A stretch of DNA of 64,000 nucleotides from Verrucomicrobiales bacterium (GCA_031411295.1 JANOAV010000192.1:36675-100674), one strand, 5' to 3'; numbered from the stretch's first letter, positions 46,801 through 56,546 are shown. A program made the numbers and translations. The notes: generated by a model from the letters alone, not told the origin.

Positions 46801-47637
46801 CGCGCGCTCTCGACCGACAACCTGGGGCAGCTGTTCATCGGCGGGGACTTCGTCACCGCAGGCACCAGTCCCGTCACGGCCAGCATCTTCCTCGTGCAGG
46901 CCAGCAATTTGGTCACCATCATCGCCCCTGACATCAGCCTAGAACAGCCCCTCGGCTCCCCAATCGGAGACGGCGGGGCGAAGGACTTCGGAACCGCCTT
47001 TGTGGACACACCCCTCAGCCTCACATTCAATCTCTCCAATCCAGGAAACGCAAACCTCACCGGCCTTGGCATCAGCATCGACGGAGCGAACGCGAGCGAC
47101 TTCACCATCACCACCGCGCCCGGCGCACCCTTGTCTGGAGGGACAGGAACCACCTTCACGGTCCGATTTGCCCCCGCCACTGGCGGTGTCAAGACCGCCG
47201 CCCTCCGCATCGCCAACAACGTTGCAGGCAAAAACCCCTACGACATCACCCTCAGCGGGCAAGCCTACTCCTTCACCACAGACACGGACGCCGACGGGCT
47301 CAACGACGCCTCGGAATTCCAGATGGCTGCGCTCGGTTTTGATCCTGCCGTGGCCCAGCCTGCTCTGGTGTCCGCGCTCTTCAACAACGCCAGCGGTGCC
47401 GGGCTATTCACCACCTCTCAGGTGCAGACGCTCAATCTCCCCGCCCCGTTGATTCAACGCAACTTCACCACAGGGCAATTCACGCTCGAACTGAGCCTGG
47501 AGAAATCCGCCGACCTTCTAAACTTCACCCCCTTTCCATTCCTCTCGCCCCAGACAACAATCAATGGCCAGGGCAAGATCCAATTCCAATTCACCATGCC
47601 GGACAACACCCAGTTTTTCCGACTTCGGGGGCAGTAA
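43882..47637 (+). CDS. Secreted protein with 14 beta-propeller-like repeats, choice-of-anchor-D-like domain and C-terminal module
   Basis: Signal peptide MKAKSS..AHA; N-domain ending YPIRIDP; 14 x V.AI....YVGG.F...IAKWN..WSPLG; ends QFFRLRGQ. Confidence 0.85.
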   Translation: MKAKSSLITIVFTVAAASLSAHAADSAAAPSAAAIPFSEIGAKATADYKGDAIGIHSTADGAMLHTGFQKLEAEATREGLWIISTEDGGGRFRLRADSIGRASSDSQLPHSGFVSLVDKTVAFVRPGLTEEYSVSMDGVRQDFIVAMRPEGAGGLRVGLGLAGARAEAAAYGVKITVDGSGRELAYSRLQVTDATGKELTATMEVTGAVGITVCVDDAAAVYPIRIDPTFSDADWLSLAPSTAIPGVNGTVNAIVVQGANVYVGGSFAVAGNLVAARNIARWDGGAWSPLGTAAQNGAAGTVTVIAALSATEIYVGGSFTTVADSTGATISARNIAKWDSATNIWSPLGTATQNGAGNTVNAIAVVSASAVYVGGAFTSVADSTAASISANRIAKWNGSTWSLLGTATQNGATTASSSVFAITALSATNIYVGGSFTTVSDSSGPSISANRICKWNGTAWSPLGTATQNGAGGTVNAIATLSSTEIYVGGAFTTVADSSTASASVNRIAKWNGSTWSPLGTATQNGATSTVSAISALSSTEVYVAGSFTVVADSSTSSLSVGRIAKWNDTTARWSLMGSGVNTTVNALVAVSSTEVYLGGSFFTANSVAASGIAKWNGAGYVQMPPPGGGLNGFVNAMAISGIDLYIGGDFTLIGSVSAKHVARWNGSIWSPLGTATQNGTSTGFLGSVTSIAALSPAEIYVGGNFVNVADSTSPSISARNIAKWNSITNTWSRLGTSAQNGVNNVVSAIGALSSSEVYVGGQLTSAADSTSATISVNRVARWNGVTNTWSPLGTPTQNGANNFVFAIAPLSSTEIYIGGGFTTVSDSTATGISARNIAKWNSLTSTWAPLGTATQNGVNSSVSAIAALSSTDVYVGGGFTTVSDSTGVNLSANRIVKWNNATGTWSRLGTATQNGASSTVQAILAITPTEVYIGGAFITVADSTSASIPASRLAKWNGSAWSALGGGVNNTVRALSTDNLGQLFIGGDFVTAGTSPVTASIFLVQASNLVTIIAPDISLEQPLGSPIGDGGAKDFGTAFVDTPLSLTFNLSNPGNANLTGLGISIDGANASDFTITTAPGAPLSGGTGTTFTVRFAPATGGVKTAALRIANNVAGKNPYDITLSGQAYSFTTDTDADGLNDASEFQMAALGFDPAVAQPALVSALFNNASGAGLFTTSQVQTLNLPAPLIQRNFTTGQFTLELSLEKSADLLNFTPFPFLSPQTTINGQGKIQFQFTMPDNTQFFRLRGQ

Positions 47638-47727
47638 ACGACGGGAATCATTCGCCTGCAACGAGGCACCCCCGCCAACCTCTCCGCCGACACATCACCC
47701 ACCAACCACCACAAAACCCAACTAAAC

Positions 47728-48078
47728 ATGAAAAAAGCAGCCACCACAAAACCCAAAACCGGAGCCATTCCAGATGATTGGCCCATGGCCGCCGCCCTGC
47801 CTGTCTTCACCAAGGAATATGCGCAGGAACGCTCCAACCGGGCCAAAGCCCGTAGTGCCGCCGAGCGCAAGGCGCTGGCGCCCCTGCTGGCAATGGTTGA
47901 TACGGCCGAACTGACGCGCATCGCGGATGCCGACTTCACCCAGTCCCAGAAAGCATCACTCTCGCGGATGAAACAACTGCGAGCCGCCAGCCTAGCTGCG
48001 CGCTCGAAAGCGCCCCGCCACCTCGCAGTCATCACCGCCGCTGAGGGCTTCGCTACCAATCAGGAGGTGCAGCCATGA
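47728..48078 (+). CDS. Hypothetical protein
   Basis: ATG start; ATGA overlap with next ORF; GGAGG SD for the next gene lies in its 3' end. Confidence 0.55.
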   Translation: MKKAATTKPKTGAIPDDWPMAAALPVFTKEYAQERSNRAKARSAAERKALAPLLAMVDTAELTRIADADFTQSQKASLSRMKQLRAASLAARSKAPRHLAVITAAEGFATNQEVQP

Positions 48079-48776
48079 GCACCCAACTCGCACTCCGGGC
48101 CAGTAGTATCCTTGCGCAGATGCCGGCGGGAGACGACAATCACCATGGCGCGCACTCCACCCTTCAGGCGGGCCTTGCTCCCATCGCAGACCCGGTAGCT
48201 GACGGCGTAAACAATGCGCGCTTCGCAGTCAGTGGCACTGCCGACAATGGAGGCTTCGAGTCCGCGTTTTTCACCGCGCGGGTCCGGCAGAGTTTCTCGT
48301 TCACCTCCACTAGATCGGGTTCCCTCTCCGCCAATGCCCATTTTATGGCGCAGGGTTCCTTTTCGTTGGTCGGGCGCCAGCCTACTTGGATTTTCGACGG
48401 ACCAGGCTCTGCGGCGTTCAGCATCTTCATCCAGATGCGCCTAGGAATCATCCGCTCGCCTAGAAGCACAGCCGCGGATATCAACCTCCTCAGCTCTGTT
48501 GAAACCCTGTTTTCCGCCTCGACGAAGGGCGTTGCCTACCACGATGGCATAGCGACGGGTATCGTGCACATCCCCATTTTGAGCCGCTTCCTTACCCTGC
48601 CCGCTGGAAGAGCGTCTGTCGGACCGGGGGATCAGATAACGGTGGAAGCCAACTATACCGTAAGGGCCTTTGCCAACGACGGCGCGTCCTTTGTGCTGGA
48701 CTTCAGCAAGACGACTAAGCCCGTGGATTTCAGCGATGGACTCAACTCACCCCTCGCGGCCATCCACATCATCTGA
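48075..48776 (+). CDS. Hypothetical beta-rich protein
   Basis: SD CAGGAGG upstream; 233 aa; followed by a hairpin. Confidence 0.6.
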   Translation: MSTQLALRASSILAQMPAGDDNHHGAHSTLQAGLAPIADPVADGVNNARFAVSGTADNGGFESAFFTARVRQSFSFTSTRSGSLSANAHFMAQGSFSLVGRQPTWIFDGPGSAAFSIFIQMRLGIIRSPRSTAADINLLSSVETLFSASTKGVAYHDGIATGIVHIPILSRFLTLPAGRASVGPGDQITVEANYTVRAFANDGASFVLDFSKTTKPVDFSDGLNSPLAAIHII

Positions 48777-48793
48777 CAGCCCACACCGCCACA

Positions 48794-48816
48794 GGGGGCG
48801 GCAATTTGCCGCCCCC
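48794..48816. terminator. GC-rich hairpin (terminator or REP-like unit)
   Basis: GGGGGCGGCAA-T-TTGCCGCCCCC; resembles the arms at 8892-8963; weak U-tract. Confidence 0.5.
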
Positions 48817-48901
48817 ACTTATTCCCCCCCCCGACAGACAGCAAGCGTAAGGAAATGAGTCCACGTGCACTGCTCCGTGCCGCGAAATGTCCGCGCCACA
48901 G

Positions 48902-48938
48902 AGATTTCGTGAAACCTTTCCGTCGGGATTGCCGAGAA
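48902..48938 (+). promoter_or_regulatory. Putative ECF promoter GAAAC-N16-CCGAGAA
   Basis: AGATTTCGTGAAACCTTTCCGTCGGGATTGCCGAGAA. Confidence 0.7.
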
Positions 48939-48985
48939 TCCTTTGAGCATCCGCATCCAGATGCGCTTCAATCCGCTCATTAATC

Positions 48986-51900
48986 ATGAATACGTCTCTG
49001 CCTGCTATCATCCGACTCCATTCACGCCGCTGCTTCTTTCCGCTCATCCTCCTGGCTGGTTCATCCACCATTCTTCCGCTCCAAGCCGCTATCAGATGGC
49101 AGGGGGACGTGAGCGAGAACTGGAATACTGCCGGGAACTGGGATCTGAACCGGGTGCCTAATACTACAGAGGAAATCATTTTTCCGGCCACTGCCGTGCT
49201 GAAGCAAATGTTCAACAATCGGCCTGCGGGCACCACGTTCGGCAAACTGACATTTGAGGATTCAGGATTCTCGGTCACGGGGAATGCGATCACCCTGGGC
49301 GTGGGTGGCATTGACATGAGCAACGCCGCGATTGTTGGCACGACTACCATCGGCATTGATCTCACGCTGGCGGACGACCAAAGCTTCATCACAAATCCAG
49401 CTGGAACCTCAGATCTGGTGCTTTCCGGTGCCATCCAAACTGCCAAGCACGATCTCACGTTTACAGGTAATGGGAATTTCACCATCAATGACAACATCAC
49501 GGAAACGCTTTCCTCCGGCGCGCACTCAAGTCTATTCTTTGAAGGCAGCGGGCTCAAGGTTACGAATAATGGAGTCGCTGTAGGAGTCTTTGGAAATGGG
49601 AGTCTTACCGGCGGGGAATTGCGGATCAATGGCACCTTCACCGCCGGTATTTTCTCCGCTGCTACCGGAACCACGTTGGGCGGGCGGGGAACCTTCGCCT
49701 ATGCGACTGCTAACGCCACCGTCCGCCCCGGCAGTGAGGCTAATCGGGGCTTGTTGACGATCAACTCCCTCACTTTCAATTCTGTTTCGACAGGAAAAAT
49801 AACCTTGCGGTTGGGAGCAGTGACCACCCCCGGCACGACGTATGATCAGGTTCGATCCAACACGGTAAACCTCAATGACGGGCCTGATCTAAATCTGTCT
49901 TTTGACCGCGGCTTCACCCCCGTGGCGGGACAAATCTATACGCTGCTCGACAATACCGGATCAGATGCCATCAACGGCACCTTCGCCAGCTTGCCGGAGG
50001 GAAGTCAGGTCACCACAGGCATCGGGCGCGTTCGAATTTCTTATGTCGGAGGCACTGGAAATGACGTCACGGCCACCGTGGTCAGCGTGACTAATACCGC
50101 GCCCAGCATGAGTGCCATTGCCGATGTGGCAATCAATCAGGATACGGCCACTGGAGTGATTCCATTCACGGTGGGAGACAACCAGACAGGATCGGCATCC
50201 GTGATCGTTACCGCAGCCTCCAGCAATGCTGCGCTAGTTCCAGTGGCAAATATCGTGCTTTCTGGCACCGCTGCAAACCGCACCGTTCAGGTTACACCAT
50301 CTGCTGGGAATGGAGGTAGCGCCACCATCACGCTTACAGCCAGCGACGGGATTCTCTCCACCACGCGGAGCTTTGATGTCGTGGTCAACGCCGAGCCAGT
50401 GATCAGCGCCATCTCGGACAAGGTGGTGAATGAAGACACGCCGACTCCTGCAATTTTATTTACCATCAGTGACGCGGAAACACCCACTGGGAGCCTGACG
50501 ATTACCAAGACGTCAAGCAACACCACGCTCGTTCCAACGGCCAATATCGTCTTTGGCGTCAATGGAACCAAACTTACAGTCACCGTTTCTCCCGCGCTGA
50601 ATCAAAGCGGCAACGCCACCATTACGCTCACGGTCAGCGATGGTTCACTGTCCAGCAGTAGTCGTTTTTTACTTACCGTTAATGCGGTCAACGATGCTCC
50701 CACCATCAGTAGTATTACGGACAAGGTAATTAACGAGGACACTTCCACCTCAGCCATTCCCTTCACCATCGGAGATGTGGATACCCCCATTGCCAGTCTC
50801 ACGGTGACAAAAGCCTCCAGCAATCCCACCCTGGTTCCCGTGGCCAACATTGTCCTCGGCGGCACCGGAGCCAGTCGCTCTGTTACCATCACCCCTGCGC
50901 CCAATCAGAACGGTAGCGCTACCATTGACCTCTTGGTGAATGATGGCGCGCTGACGACCACCCGCAGTTTTCTGCTCACGGTCAATCCGGTAAATGATCC
51001 CCCGGTGATATCCGCCATCGGCAATCAGCTAAGTGTGAATGCCGCTCCGGTCGGGCCTCTCCAATTCACCGTCAGCGACGACGAGACGCCAGTGGCCTCG
51101 CTCACCGTCACCGCTGCCTCCAGCGCACCATCGGTAGTCCCAGTGGCGAATATTGTTCTGGGCGGCAGCGGCGCGGACCGGACGGTGACGATCACTCCGC
51201 TCACGTTGGGTAGCGCTACGATCACGCTTTCCACTACGGACGGGGGAGGACTGACGGGAACTCAGCAGTTTCTGCTCACGGTTCAGCCTCCGGCACCACT
51301 TCCTACCGACGGGCCCACGCCACTGATTCAGGTGATCGCTCCGGGCGTCGGCTCTCTGCGTGGGACCAGCACCTGCCAGATCGTGCGGGAGGGTAAACCG
51401 GAAGTCGGCTATTTCGACGCAGTCCATGCACGAACTTTCTTTGTCCGCAATATGCAGGACAACGGCTCAGGAGCTTGGACTGCATCCCATGAAGGCCGAA
51501 GCGGGGGATTTCCATTTCTGGTGCCGCTGGAAAATGGCGGGGCTATGTATAGCTCACGGACCGCCGCAGAAGACTATTGTATCGAAACGAGCAATGATGC
51601 GGCCGGAGAGACTATTTTCACGCTTGCGAATAACATAGTAGGCCCCAGTTCACTCGCTATCATGCCCGATGGCAAGCCGGCACTCGTTTTCAGCACCGAT
51701 TCAGGACAAGGAATAAATCTAAGGAACCTCAACTTTGGGAAGAGTAACTCGTCCACAATTCCCGATTTTCCACAATTAATTGTTGGGGGCACGATCGAAA
51801 GCGGCACGGGTATCGGCAGCTTTTGCTCGCTTGCCGCTTCAGGAGGGTTTCCGGTAGTGGCTTACTCCGCCAATGGTGATTTGAAATTCGCGAGAGCAAG

Positions 51901-53122
51901 CATTAATGCAAACAATGCAGCCTGGACCATCAGCACCGTGGACACGGGAGGCACCGCCTTAGTGGGCGATTACTGTTCCCTCGCCAGTGTGCTGGGAAAG
52001 CCGGCGATTAGTTATTACGATGCCACCAATCAATCACTAAAGTATGCTCGGAACAGCGCCGTGGACGGATCGGGAGAATGGACCATCACCGTGGTGGACG
52101 CAGGCACCGTCGGCGGCTTCACCTCGCTGGCAGTCGTTGGCGAGAAGCCAGCTATCGCCTACTACGATCTCTTCAGTTCCTCCCTGAAATTCGCCCGCAA
52201 TACTGCTGTGGACGGTTCAGGTGGATGGCAGATTTTCACGCTCGACAGTCTCGGTGATGTAGGTCGCCACGCGTCCCTTGTGAACCTGCACAATCGTCCC
52301 GCCATCAGCTATTTTGACTCCGACAATAACAACGTGAAATGGGCCACCACCGTGGAGTCCTTTTCCACGGAAATTGCCGTCGAGCAGCCAGCAAATGCTG
52401 ACGTGCCCGATGGCGGGGGCCGCAGCTTTGGTAGTGTGGCGGTGGGGTCATCAGCTTCGCTGACCTTTACGATTCGCAGCACTGGCTCTGAAAATCTCAC
52501 AGGTCTCGTTCCGGTAATCGATGGTCCGGATGCCTCCCAGTTCTTCATCACTTCAGCCCCCGTTAGTCCAGTAATTCCGGGCAACTTCACCACCTGCACC
52601 GTGCGTTTCTCACCCACCAGCAGCGGTCCGAAGAGTGCCGGCATCACCTTTCCCACCAACGATTTTGATGAACGATTGTTCAATGTCGCGCTAAGTGGAA
52701 TTGGTGGACCCCTGACCTTCGTCAACTGGACGGTAGGCAATGGACTGACCGGGAATAACTCCCTGTCGGATAGCGATCCTGATGGCGATGGCATCAAAAA
52801 TCTGCTCGAATACGGGTTCAACCTCAATCCGAAAGTGGCGAATCCAGGCTTTGTTGCCGTTACTCTAAACTCAGCCACAGGACGACTGGAAGCCCGTTTC
52901 ACCCGCGTCCCTGACGCCACCGATCTCACTTACGAAATCCAAGTTGGAAACGCCCTTTCCGGCTGGACCACCATCGCCCGATCGGTTGGTGGAGCCACGA
53001 TGCAAAATCTTGGCGCAGGTTCCGTCACCGATCCCGGCGGCAGCTTGCCCCAAGTCATCGTCCAGGACGTGGTCACAGTAGCGCCCAAACGCTTCATGCG
53101 CATCAAAATCATCGCGCAATGA
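48986..53122 (+). CDS. Giant secreted protein: passenger-like N-terminus, four cadherin/Big-like repeats, propeller, choice-of-anchor-D-like domain, C-terminal module
   Basis: NWNTAGNW; ISYVGGTGNDV; VNDAPTIS..NEDT repeats; SLA..GKPAISYYD..LKYAR repeats; ends KRFMRIKIIAQ. Confidence 0.85.
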   Translation: MNTSLPAIIRLHSRRCFFPLILLAGSSTILPLQAAIRWQGDVSENWNTAGNWDLNRVPNTTEEIIFPATAVLKQMFNNRPAGTTFGKLTFEDSGFSVTGNAITLGVGGIDMSNAAIVGTTTIGIDLTLADDQSFITNPAGTSDLVLSGAIQTAKHDLTFTGNGNFTINDNITETLSSGAHSSLFFEGSGLKVTNNGVAVGVFGNGSLTGGELRINGTFTAGIFSAATGTTLGGRGTFAYATANATVRPGSEANRGLLTINSLTFNSVSTGKITLRLGAVTTPGTTYDQVRSNTVNLNDGPDLNLSFDRGFTPVAGQIYTLLDNTGSDAINGTFASLPEGSQVTTGIGRVRISYVGGTGNDVTATVVSVTNTAPSMSAIADVAINQDTATGVIPFTVGDNQTGSASVIVTAASSNAALVPVANIVLSGTAANRTVQVTPSAGNGGSATITLTASDGILSTTRSFDVVVNAEPVISAISDKVVNEDTPTPAILFTISDAETPTGSLTITKTSSNTTLVPTANIVFGVNGTKLTVTVSPALNQSGNATITLTVSDGSLSSSSRFLLTVNAVNDAPTISSITDKVINEDTSTSAIPFTIGDVDTPIASLTVTKASSNPTLVPVANIVLGGTGASRSVTITPAPNQNGSATIDLLVNDGALTTTRSFLLTVNPVNDPPVISAIGNQLSVNAAPVGPLQFTVSDDETPVASLTVTAASSAPSVVPVANIVLGGSGADRTVTITPLTLGSATITLSTTDGGGLTGTQQFLLTVQPPAPLPTDGPTPLIQVIAPGVGSLRGTSTCQIVREGKPEVGYFDAVHARTFFVRNMQDNGSGAWTASHEGRSGGFPFLVPLENGGAMYSSRTAAEDYCIETSNDAAGETIFTLANNIVGPSSLAIMPDGKPALVFSTDSGQGINLRNLNFGKSNSSTIPDFPQLIVGGTIESGTGIGSFCSLAASGGFPVVAYSANGDLKFARASINANNAAWTISTVDTGGTALVGDYCSLASVLGKPAISYYDATNQSLKYARNSAVDGSGEWTITVVDAGTVGGFTSLAVVGEKPAIAYYDLFSSSLKFARNTAVDGSGGWQIFTLDSLGDVGRHASLVNLHNRPAISYFDSDNNNVKWATTVESFSTEIAVEQPANADVPDGGGRSFGSVAVGSSASLTFTIRSTGSENLTGLVPVIDGPDASQFFITSAPVSPVIPGNFTTCTVRFSPTSSGPKSAGITFPTNDFDERLFNVALSGIGGPLTFVNWTVGNGLTGNNSLSDSDPDGDGIKNLLEYGFNLNPKVANPGFVAVTLNSATGRLEARFTRVPDATDLTYEIQVGNALSGWTTIARSVGGATMQNLGAGSVTDPGGSLPQVIVQDVVTVAPKRFMRIKIIAQ

Positions 53123-53508
53123 CGGGGAGGGGAGGAGAGGGAAGGGGGATTTAGGCGCGTGCGTTTACAGTCAGACCTTATAGACGCGCGTGTCGCAGCG
53201 TCCTGTGCCGGTGGAGAATTTCTGCTGTGGTGAGTCGTCGTTGGGCCCCCCATGTCCTTAGCAGTGCATATGAGTGGGCACCGCTCACAGCCGCTCCAAT
53301 GAGCGTCAGGTGGCTTTGTTGAGCCGCTCAGATCGCGCTGCGTCACCCTGCGAGGCGGTTTTCCGAGCAATGCTGGACAGGCGATAATCCAGTTAGGCTT
53401 CGGGGTTCAGGCCCAAGCAAATCTGGTTCCGCAGAGGTCTTGTTTCCTGACGGTTACTTCGACTAAGAGTTAGCGACGGATCTTTAGTTAGAGCCCTTAC
53501 CGTCGTTG

Positions 53509-54132
53509 TTAGTAATTATACAAACGGCCTCTGGCGGCATCCGCAAAGACTTGCGGACTCTGCAGATAGGAGTCCGGAGGATCAGGCATGGCGCTGTCAT
53601 CCAAGACTGGAAGCGTGCGGCCAACGGTGGCATCTTCCGGCTGGCTGGAAGCAATGTTCAGCGGGGTGCCGGAGCGCACCAGATTGAAGATCTTCTGGGC
53701 CGACTTGATCGGCAGACGCACGCAACCATGGGTGCACGGGAACGGCTTTACGAAGCCCCAATGCATCCCGTAGGCTGGCGCGAACTCCATCCAAAAAGTC
53801 ATGGGATACCCCGCTCCAGGACTGCTGGCGCGACGACGGTTTGCCTGCTTGCTGTAAATGGTGAAATTCCCCTGCGGTGTAGGCGAGGACGAAGTCCCCA
53901 CGGAACAAGGCGTCGCCAAGAGCACCCGATTCCCCTCCATCACATAGACCCGCTGCGCACCGGTGCTCAACTTCACCCTGACGGCAGCGGGGTTGGAAGG
54001 CTGTTGCACTGGTGGATCGAAGGTGGTGGAATACTTGGAGGAACCCGTATTTACGCTGGTGCAGTTAGTAGAAAACAACGCCGCCGCAGCGAGGGACAAA
54101 AGACTAATGGAACGAAGCAAAGAATTTATCAT
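53509..54132 (-). CDS. L,D-transpeptidase (YkuD family), probable lipoprotein
   Basis: TPQGNFTIYSK, PMTFWMEF, GMHWG, THGCVRLP catalytic motif; FSTNC lipobox-like. Confidence 0.9.
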   Translation of the reverse strand: MINSLLRSISLLSLAAAALFSTNCTSVNTGSSKYSTTFDPPVQQPSNPAAVRVKLSTGAQRVYVMEGNRVLLATPCSVGTSSSPTPQGNFTIYSKQANRRRASSPGAGYPMTFWMEFAPAYGMHWGFVKPFPCTHGCVRLPIKSAQKIFNLVRSGTPLNIASSQPEDATVGRTLPVLDDSAMPDPPDSYLQSPQVFADAARGRLYNY

Positions 54133-54249
54133 GGGCCGGACATAGCACATCAATGCCGCTCCGCAATCACTTCTCAGGCCCGGTCAACATTTTCTGCCGT
54201 TGGCCCCCAAGCCCCAAATTTAGCGCGCCATGATGTCGGTAGCTACGGT

Positions 54250-55980
54250 TCAAGGCCTACCCACTTGATAGTGCTCGCTGATCTCAGCCGCCGTTAAGGC
54301 TCGTTGCAGGATCACCAACTCATCCAATCGTCCGACGAAATTCCGGGTATCCCATTCCTTGGGCTGCTTCACCATCCATTGATTCTCTGGCTGATCCCGC
54401 CGGGCGCCCCAGTTGCCGAATTCCATGGCGGTTAACTTTACTGGAGGGAGACGAGTGAACTGACCGGTGCCCACCATTTCCCCATCACGATAGTGACAGA
54501 CCATACCAGTGCTGGCATCGTAAGTGGTGGCCAGAGAGATCCATCGCCCGAAGTCCATGTCGGAAATGGCGGAGGCACTGACGGGAATCTCCCACGAATG
54601 GTGCTGATAACCTTTGGAGGCCTTGTTGACCGAGGCCAGGCGCAATTCACCGCCACGTTCCAGGGTCCAGTGGAAAGCCCCGGCATCATAACGGGAGGGC
54701 ATGAGTAGAGAGTTGTAGGCGTTAGGAAGACTATCCACGCGCACGCTGGCCATGCAAGTGAGCGCGGCATACTCCCCGGGCACACTGAACCGCAGACGAT
54801 CTCCCTGACTGCGAAATTCCAAGCCATGCTTCCCTGGCCATCGCCCAGCTGTCCACCCCACTCCTACCAGGGCCCCTTGAGACTGTGGATTCGGATTTGC
54901 GATCTGGTTCTTGACGCTGCGACTCCATGGCGCTTCATCCTCACAAGTGAATACGACAAGCGCACCCGGATCCTGCGCCAGCCGAGCCATGGCCAAGCCC
55001 CAGGCTTTCCGCCGCTCCCCGGCTTCAATCGCTTCCCGCTGAGCGAGATCGCGTTGCCCTGGGAAGAACTCTGGACGGCTGGGAATATCGCGGAAATTTC
55101 CATCTTCCAAACGTTTCGCCTGACGTTCCTGCAGGCGCTGGGGAGTTTGGTTGGGGCCTTCTTTGGCCAGGGTGACCTCGCCAGTGAATACGTGCACTTC
55201 CGGGCCGCCAGTAGTTGGAACGTCCAGTCCAAAGGCGGTTCCGAGATCCACTACTTCCATCCCAGGCGCCCTCAGCGAGAATCCGTGGGCCGCCTCCGGC
55301 ACCTCCGCGCTGGCTTTGCCGGATTTGAGAAATGCGGCATTTTCTCCATCGATGCGCATTTCCGCAGGACCTGTTAGGATCACCTGCGCTCCACGGAGAA
55401 ATTCGACCTGGACACTGCCGGATTGCAGTCGCAACCAGCCCGCAGGCAGGAGTTCGCCCGTTCCATAGTCCGCTCCGTTCGCCCACACGGCATCCAGTCC
55501 CCGTTTCAGCACGGCCATGGCCGGGACGGTGGGACGGGGCAGTGAAGGCGGACCGTCGGCACTGAATTGTGCGGGCTCAAGCTCAGAAACCTCAGCCGGT
55601 CGTTTCCCGGGTGCCTTATACTTCCAAATGCCTCCAGCAGTCAGGGCGAACAAAGCCACGGCAGCGGCTGCCGCCCCCACCCCCACCTTAAGCCACCATC
55701 TGCGTTGCAATTGTGTCTCCACGCGGGGGATGAAATTGACATCCGTCACCACCCGCAAACGTTCCTGCTCCAAAACCAGGGAAACTTCTTCGGCGGTGGC
55801 GCGACCGTCTGGATCCGCTTCCAAGGCTTGCAGCAAGCGGTGCGTGCTTAGTTGTTGCGTCAGTTGCAGCAGGGCGGATTGATCCTCGCGCACGACCTGA
55901 GTCAGCGCGCTCGCATCATGCTCGCTAAGTCGCCCTTCGACGGCCAGGGCGATCAGCTCATCGGTAGATTTGAAATTCAT
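54250..55980 (-). CDS. FecR-domain plus LamG-like anti-sigma/sensor protein
   Basis: TM helix; LQSGSVQVEF.RGAQVILTGPA, VVDLGTAFG (FecR-like); GRWPGK, GRLDELVI..RAL (LamG). Confidence 0.85.
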   Translation of the reverse strand: MNFKSTDELIALAVEGRLSEHDASALTQVVREDQSALLQLTQQLSTHRLLQALEADPDGRATAEEVSLVLEQERLRVVTDVNFIPRVETQLQRRWWLKVGVGAAAAAVALFALTAGGIWKYKAPGKRPAEVSELEPAQFSADGPPSLPRPTVPAMAVLKRGLDAVWANGADYGTGELLPAGWLRLQSGSVQVEFLRGAQVILTGPAEMRIDGENAAFLKSGKASAEVPEAAHGFSLRAPGMEVVDLGTAFGLDVPTTGGPEVHVFTGEVTLAKEGPNQTPQRLQERQAKRLEDGNFRDIPSRPEFFPGQRDLAQREAIEAGERRKAWGLAMARLAQDPGALVVFTCEDEAPWSRSVKNQIANPNPQSQGALVGVGWTAGRWPGKHGLEFRSQGDRLRFSVPGEYAALTCMASVRVDSLPNAYNSLLMPSRYDAGAFHWTLERGGELRLASVNKASKGYQHHSWEIPVSASAISDMDFGRWISLATTYDASTGMVCHYRDGEMVGTGQFTRLPPVKLTAMEFGNWGARRDQPENQWMVKQPKEWDTRNFVGRLDELVILQRALTAAEISEHYQVGRP

Positions 55981-56546
55981 GGGGTGGGGAAGGCTTTAGA
56001 CTCGATGCAGGTGGCAAGCAACTGCCGCAGGCGATGTAGTTGCATGGAAATGGCGGATGTTTTGCGGCTGAGACGTTTCGCCAGTTCTTCCACCGACGTC
56101 CCGTCCGCGTAGCGGCTGTGGAGCAGTTGTCGTGCTGGTGGATCGAGTTTTTCCAGACAATCTCGCAACGCAGCCATGCGCTCAGATTCATCCTGTTGAT
56201 TGAAATCATGCTCCAATTGAGTGTCGATGAGCGCCTGGAGTTCCTCATTGGCCCCGATGGGAATGGCGCGGAATTTCCTGAGATAATTCGCCAGCAAATG
56301 TTTCGCCACCCCGCGCAGCCAAGCACCCAGCGGGCGTTCCGGATCCAGTTCCGGGAGCTTTTTAAATGCCAGAATCAAGGTATCCTGAGCCAAATCCTCC
56401 GCCTCCATAGCGTTATTCATGCGCACCGCCAGAAACGCCCGCACCCGGCCATGGTGAATCTCCACCAGAGTCTTGAACGCAGCCATATCCCCGTGCTGCG
56501 CGGCACGGATCAATTGGGGTTCATTTGGTGGTTCGGGGGGCTTCAT
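55977..56546 (-). CDS. ECF sigma-70 factor
   Basis: EAEDLAQDT, AWLRGVA, LRDCLEKL, LHRLRQLLATCI; ATGA-coupled to the FecR gene; start placed at MKPPEP. Confidence 0.92.
   Translation of the reverse strand: MKPPEPPNEPQLIRAAQHGDMAAFKTLVEIHHGRVRAFLAVRMNNAMEAEDLAQDTLILAFKKLPELDPERPLGAWLRGVAKHLLANYLRKFRAIPIGANEELQALIDTQLEHDFNQQDESERMAALRDCLEKLDPPARQLLHSRYADGTSVEELAKRLSRKTSAISMQLHRLRQLLATCIESKAFPTP

Noticed and set aside
53123..53508. Structured ncRNA or IS remnant between convergent genes
   Set aside because: Only short hairpins (e.g. CGACGG...CCGTCG near 53474-53505); no recognisable RNA family or transposase motif
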